A DNA stretch of 64,000 bases from a virus (taxonomy: Duplodnaviria; Caudoviricetes), in the IMG/VR virus record IMGVR_UViG_3300037400_002732, positions 32,001-96,000 of that record; one strand, written 5' to 3'. Of this stretch, positions 60,765 through 64,000 are shown in pieces. Under the pieces are notes generated by a model. It was not told the DNA's origin. It worked only from the letters and a program-made list of their open reading frames with translations, and searched no databases. Every line of letters starts with the position of its first letter. Within the stretch, counting starts at the first letter, position 1. Both the position numbers and the translations under genes were made by a program.

Positions 60765-61953
60765 CTTGTATAATTGGTGAACTACTCACAGCGTAAAGGC
60801 TGTGAGCTTCGCGTTTCGTATCGATGTTTCCCGCGCCTTTAACCGCAGTCCCTGCGGCGATTAATCTTTTACCTTCGGTAAGGATGTTGATGGCGGCATT
60901 GACGTCACGGTCATGAGATGTTCCGCACTGCGGACACGTCCACGACCTTACGTTCAAGTCCTTGGCCAACATATTTCTATAACCACATCGATGACAGAGC
61001 TGAGTTGATGGAAACCATCGTCCGACACGGACGATGGTTCGTCCGTACCATTCAGCCTTATACTGTAGTTTGTTCAGAAACATCCTCCAAGCGGCGTCAT
61101 GTTCAGACTTCGCGTGGACACCCTCGGAGACCTCGCGCACGTCGAGATCTTCGACCACCACCGTTTGGTTCTCGCGGAGTAGTCGAGTGGACAGCTTGCC
61201 AAGAAAATCCTTCCTTCGGTTAGCAACTTTTTCATGTTCGCGAGCAATGCGTACGCGCAACTGCTCGCGTCTATTTGAACCTTTCTGCTTTTTGGATAAA
61301 GCTCGCTGAAGGTCAGCGATACGATTTTCCGATTCTTTTTGGAACCGAGGATTCGAGACAGCTTCGCCGTCGCTGGTAACGCAGAATTCTTTAAGCCCTA
61401 AGTCGATTCCTATTTCGAATTCGGATGTCGGCAGTGCCTTCGGCACAGCCTCCTCGACCAAGATCGACGCATAGTAATTTCCAGCACGTGACCGTGACAC
61501 GGTCACGTGCTTGATGTCCCTTACAGACCAGTCGATATCTTCGTAGTTGCGGAAGGAAACTAAGCCTACCTTCGGCAGACGGAGCCTCCGCCCTTCTACA
61601 CGAATGTTGTTTTTCGTACGGTAAGTTGTATATGAATCCTTGTCGTTGTGCTTTGTCTTGAACTGCGGAAATCCGACTCCGTCGGCTTTCCGATCGAAGA
61701 AGTTCTTGAATGCCGTATTCAACGTAAGCACTTCGGCTGTCAAGGCGTTCGAATCGACTTCTTTCAAGAAAGGAAACTCTGTGTAGAAATCCGTCGGCTT
61801 AGACCGGCACTGCATGCCGGTCGCCTCGTATGATTTCTTACGTGCTTCTAACATGCAGTTGTAGACCTTACGGCAGCAGCCGAAAGTCTTGCAGAGCAAG
61901 ACTTCCTGATGCTTGTTAGGATACAGTCTGACGTTGTAGGCACGTTGAAACAT
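60745..61953 (-). CDS. tnpB: RNA-guided endonuclease TnpB (IS200/IS605 family)
   Basis: HTH RAYNVRLYP..FGCCRKVYN; RuvC GIDLG, VEDL, DRDVNAAINI; zinc finger CHRC..CPQC; catalytic D/E/D intact. Confidence 0.96.
   Translation of the reverse strand: MFQRAYNVRLYPNKHQEVLLCKTFGCCRKVYNCMLEARKKSYEATGMQCRSKPTDFYTEFPFLKEVDSNALTAEVLTLNTAFKNFFDRKADGVGFPQFKTKHNDKDSYTTYRTKNNIRVEGRRLRLPKVGLVSFRNYEDIDWSVRDIKHVTVSRSRAGNYYASILVEEAVPKALPTSEFEIGIDLGLKEFCVTSDGEAVSNPRFQKESENRIADLQRALSKKQKGSNRREQLRVRIAREHEKVANRRKDFLGKLSTRLLRENQTVVVEDLDVREVSEGVHAKSEHDAAWRMFLNKLQYKAEWYGRTIVRVGRWFPSTQLCHRCGYRNMLAKDLNVRSWTCPQCGTSHDRDVNAAINILTEGKRLIAAGTAVKGAGNIDTKREAHSLYAVSSSPIIQEKSAMV
60757..60900 (-). ncRNA. predicted omegaRNA/reRNA (5' boundary approximate), guide CAATTATACAAGAAAAATCC
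   Basis: TnpB omegaRNAs overlap the tnpB 3' end and right end and read into the flank; boundary set by the TCAC end at 60777. Confidence 0.6.
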
Positions 61954-62072
61954 GGTTCAATAGTTCTAATCTTTATTTTTTATATAGTTTATAACTAGTT
62001 AAATTATTTTTGTCACGTTCCGTGCCTATTATCTGCCACCCTTTATGGTGGCAGTTTTCTCAGTGCGTTCTT
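60777..62072 (-). mobile_element. non-autonomous tnpB-only IS200/IS605 element, 1296 bp
   Basis: Left end: TTAT|AAG...AAAA plus hairpin 62033-62054. Right end: GAAG plus hairpin 60785-60806, then TAGTTCAC|. No tnpA. Confidence 0.85.
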
Positions 62073-62104
62073 ATAAACTGCACACAAATCACGTTGAGTA
62101 AACC

Positions 62105-63631
62105 ATGAAGACTAAGGCTATTTTAGAAAGCAACGCTATGCAAGATAACGAGCTTGCCGCGAATGGTGGTGATATTGACAACACTGGTATCCCAAGTGGT
62201 CTTCCTTTGGCTAAAGGCCAGCAAGGTAATGTCAAGTCCGAGCAAAAACTGCTGAATGACGCCTTTGACGAAGGCTACGATGAAGCTATGCTCGACGCTG
62301 ACCTGGCTGCCGAACAGAAAGCAAGCGAAGATCCGTTTGGCCCAGAGACAAAGCATACTATTAAATTCGATGAAGAAGCTGAACGAGACAATGTCGATCT
62401 TCCAGAACAACAAGAAAGCTATATCGACCAACTGGCCAAGTACTACCGAGTAATGGCTCAAGAATTCAAGCTACGTTTTCACGACAAGCCAGAAGACGGC
62501 GAAAAGCTGGCACAGTTCTTAGTCACTAAGATTCTCAGCAAGCCGAACAGCACCAATGCGCAAAAATGGATCGATTACATCAACAACAGGGCGCAGAAAG
62601 GCAAGAGTAAGTCAATAATCCAGATGAAGATTATTCCTACGTTAGCTAAAGCGGCCAACATCGAAGTACCTCGTCAAGTCAACAACGAACAAACTGAATA
62701 TATCGCAAACCGAAATGGAAATTTCGTAGGGTCTATAGTCGTTCCGGAAGGCTTCAACCAGCCGCCAATCGACTTAGGCAATACAGCGATCTCATTCGAA
62801 TTTGGATACCCGGCAATCAACTACAAGAGTAAACTGATCACCGAAATTACTGGGGAAACCGAACAGAATCGTCTCAAGAAGTTGCTAATCGCATTGATCG
62901 AGCAAATCAACGGAACTCCAGCAGCGAAGACATTTTTGACTCGCGGCGTATTTCAATCATGGACTGGAAAGAAAGCTCGTTCAACATTGAATCGAGTGAT
63001 TAAAGAAGCGGCCCATGCAATGGGTGTTCCAATGATTCGTCGTCCATTAAAAGTTACCGCGCAAGCATTAGTCGGCGACTCAGAGGCTGAAGACATTTCA
63101 TGCATCCCTATCAATCAGACTGCCAACAAGAAGGCGATCGTACGCGAGTCAATAGACGCAAACGATACGAACGCATTATATGAGGGCCCTATCAACTTTA
63201 TCAAGAATCGCTTTAAAGCTGACTCGACTTCCGCACAGATGTTCGGTCAACCAGTAACATTGAACCGCAATTACTTGTGCCAATTCTATACCGTCTTGGC
63301 ACCAAGTGGTACAGCCGGTCTGACTAAGTACGCAAGGTTCATGGATCAAGACGATTACGACAATATAGTCAGTAAGCTTGGCGAGAAAACAATGCAAGAA
63401 ATCAAGGACGCCAACAGCAATGTGAACGACCGTTTGTTCATTGATTATCTCAACAAGACTAGCGGGGTTCCGCCATTCTATATCCTTATTCCTCGTAAGA
63501 ACGAACGCATCCGCGTATGCGACGAGAATATGGTAAACGGCAATGTCTGCGTCAAGTCAATCGACAGCAAAAACAAGGAAGCATACTTCTTCCCTCAAGA
63601 AAATGTTAAATCCGTATTCGAAGCTGGGTAA
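62105..63631 (+). CDS. late protein, paralog of 58528..60675
   Basis: ATAAACT at 62073-62079; N-terminal AILES; GVPPFYILIP. Confidence 0.85.
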   Translation: MKTKAILESNAMQDNELAANGGDIDNTGIPSGLPLAKGQQGNVKSEQKLLNDAFDEGYDEAMLDADLAAEQKASEDPFGPETKHTIKFDEEAERDNVDLPEQQESYIDQLAKYYRVMAQEFKLRFHDKPEDGEKLAQFLVTKILSKPNSTNAQKWIDYINNRAQKGKSKSIIQMKIIPTLAKAANIEVPRQVNNEQTEYIANRNGNFVGSIVVPEGFNQPPIDLGNTAISFEFGYPAINYKSKLITEITGETEQNRLKKLLIALIEQINGTPAAKTFLTRGVFQSWTGKKARSTLNRVIKEAAHAMGVPMIRRPLKVTAQALVGDSEAEDISCIPINQTANKKAIVRESIDANDTNALYEGPINFIKNRFKADSTSAQMFGQPVTLNRNYLCQFYTVLAPSGTAGLTKYARFMDQDDYDNIVSKLGEKTMQEIKDANSNVNDRLFIDYLNKTSGVPPFYILIPRKNERIRVCDENMVNGNVCVKSIDSKNKEAYFFPQENVKSVFEAG

Positions 63632-63633
63632 TC

Positions 63634-64000
63634 ATGGAGAAAAACGTACTCTTAAACTGTCTATCAGTCGGTAAGTCACTTATCGAGGCTAACACCGCCT
63701 TCTACGTCAAGGAGGAAAAGGCCAAGAGTGCGAAGTCCAAGACTGACCGATACACGCAAGGCAAGAAGCTCGTTCGCCATTACATCGGTATTGAACGTGC
63801 CCCGGACGGCAACGCGGTTGTCGAGTTCGCCGTCCAGTCACGAAGTCAATCACAGATGAGACACTGCTTCATCGACATCATACCGAAGCAAGCCAACCTA
63901 TTCACGCTGGCACAGTCCACCAAGAAACTTGCCGACCGTGTAAAGCTTCTCCAAGACGCAGACGTCAAGTGCTTCTGTTCATGTCCGGACTTCAACTGGT
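63634..64000 (+). CDS. SWIM zinc-finger protein, truncated by window end
   Basis: Manual translation MEKNVLLNCLSVGKSLIEAN...DADVKCFCSCPDFNW, open to the window edge. Confidence 0.7.
   Translation, partial: MEKNVLLNCLSVGKSLIEANTAFYVKEEKAKSAKSKTDRYTQGKKLVRHYIGIERAPDGNAVVEFAVQSRSQSQMRHCFIDIIPKQANLFTLAQSTKKLADRVKLLQDADVKCFCSCPDFNW

Noticed and set aside
1-64000. Alternative genetic code or a specific host assignment
   Set aside because: Genes are full length under the standard code with all three stop codons used; nothing in the window identifies the host reliably

Overview
The window is a 64-kb segment of a large myovirus (probably a jumbo phage) distantly related to T4-like phages. No host genes, rRNA, tRNA or CRISPR array were seen. 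T4-type tail and baseplate genes (gp4, gp5, gp27-like, gp53-like, gp48/54-like, tape-measure-like, gp26/gp51-like, gp19 tube, gp18 sheath, gp25) are interleaved with a T4-type replication/recombination set (gp43 PolB, gp44/62, gp45, gp61, gp32, gp41, UvsX, UvsY, gp47). Also present are a DnaJ, a thioredoxin-like protein and many orphan genes. Two promoter classes are readable in the sequence. ATAAACT lies 24-34 nt upstream of 12 genes and is a putative late promoter. TTG(C/A)AATTCAAA-N11-TAnnn(T/A) lies upstream of the polymerase, ssb, uvsX and uvsY genes. Highlights: (1) three tandem parS palindromes at 60679-60733; (2) a complete 1296-bp tnpB-only IS200/IS605 element whose TTAT target motif is part of a late promoter; (3) a multi-HTH/glycosyltransferase-like fusion inside the replisome operon, plus other apparently degenerate sugar enzymes; (4) a second, beta-clamp-like protein beside gp45; (5) a set of late proteins with shared leaders and protease-type (L/I/V)xE motifs. 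All protein calls come from motif recognition by eye; no searches were run.
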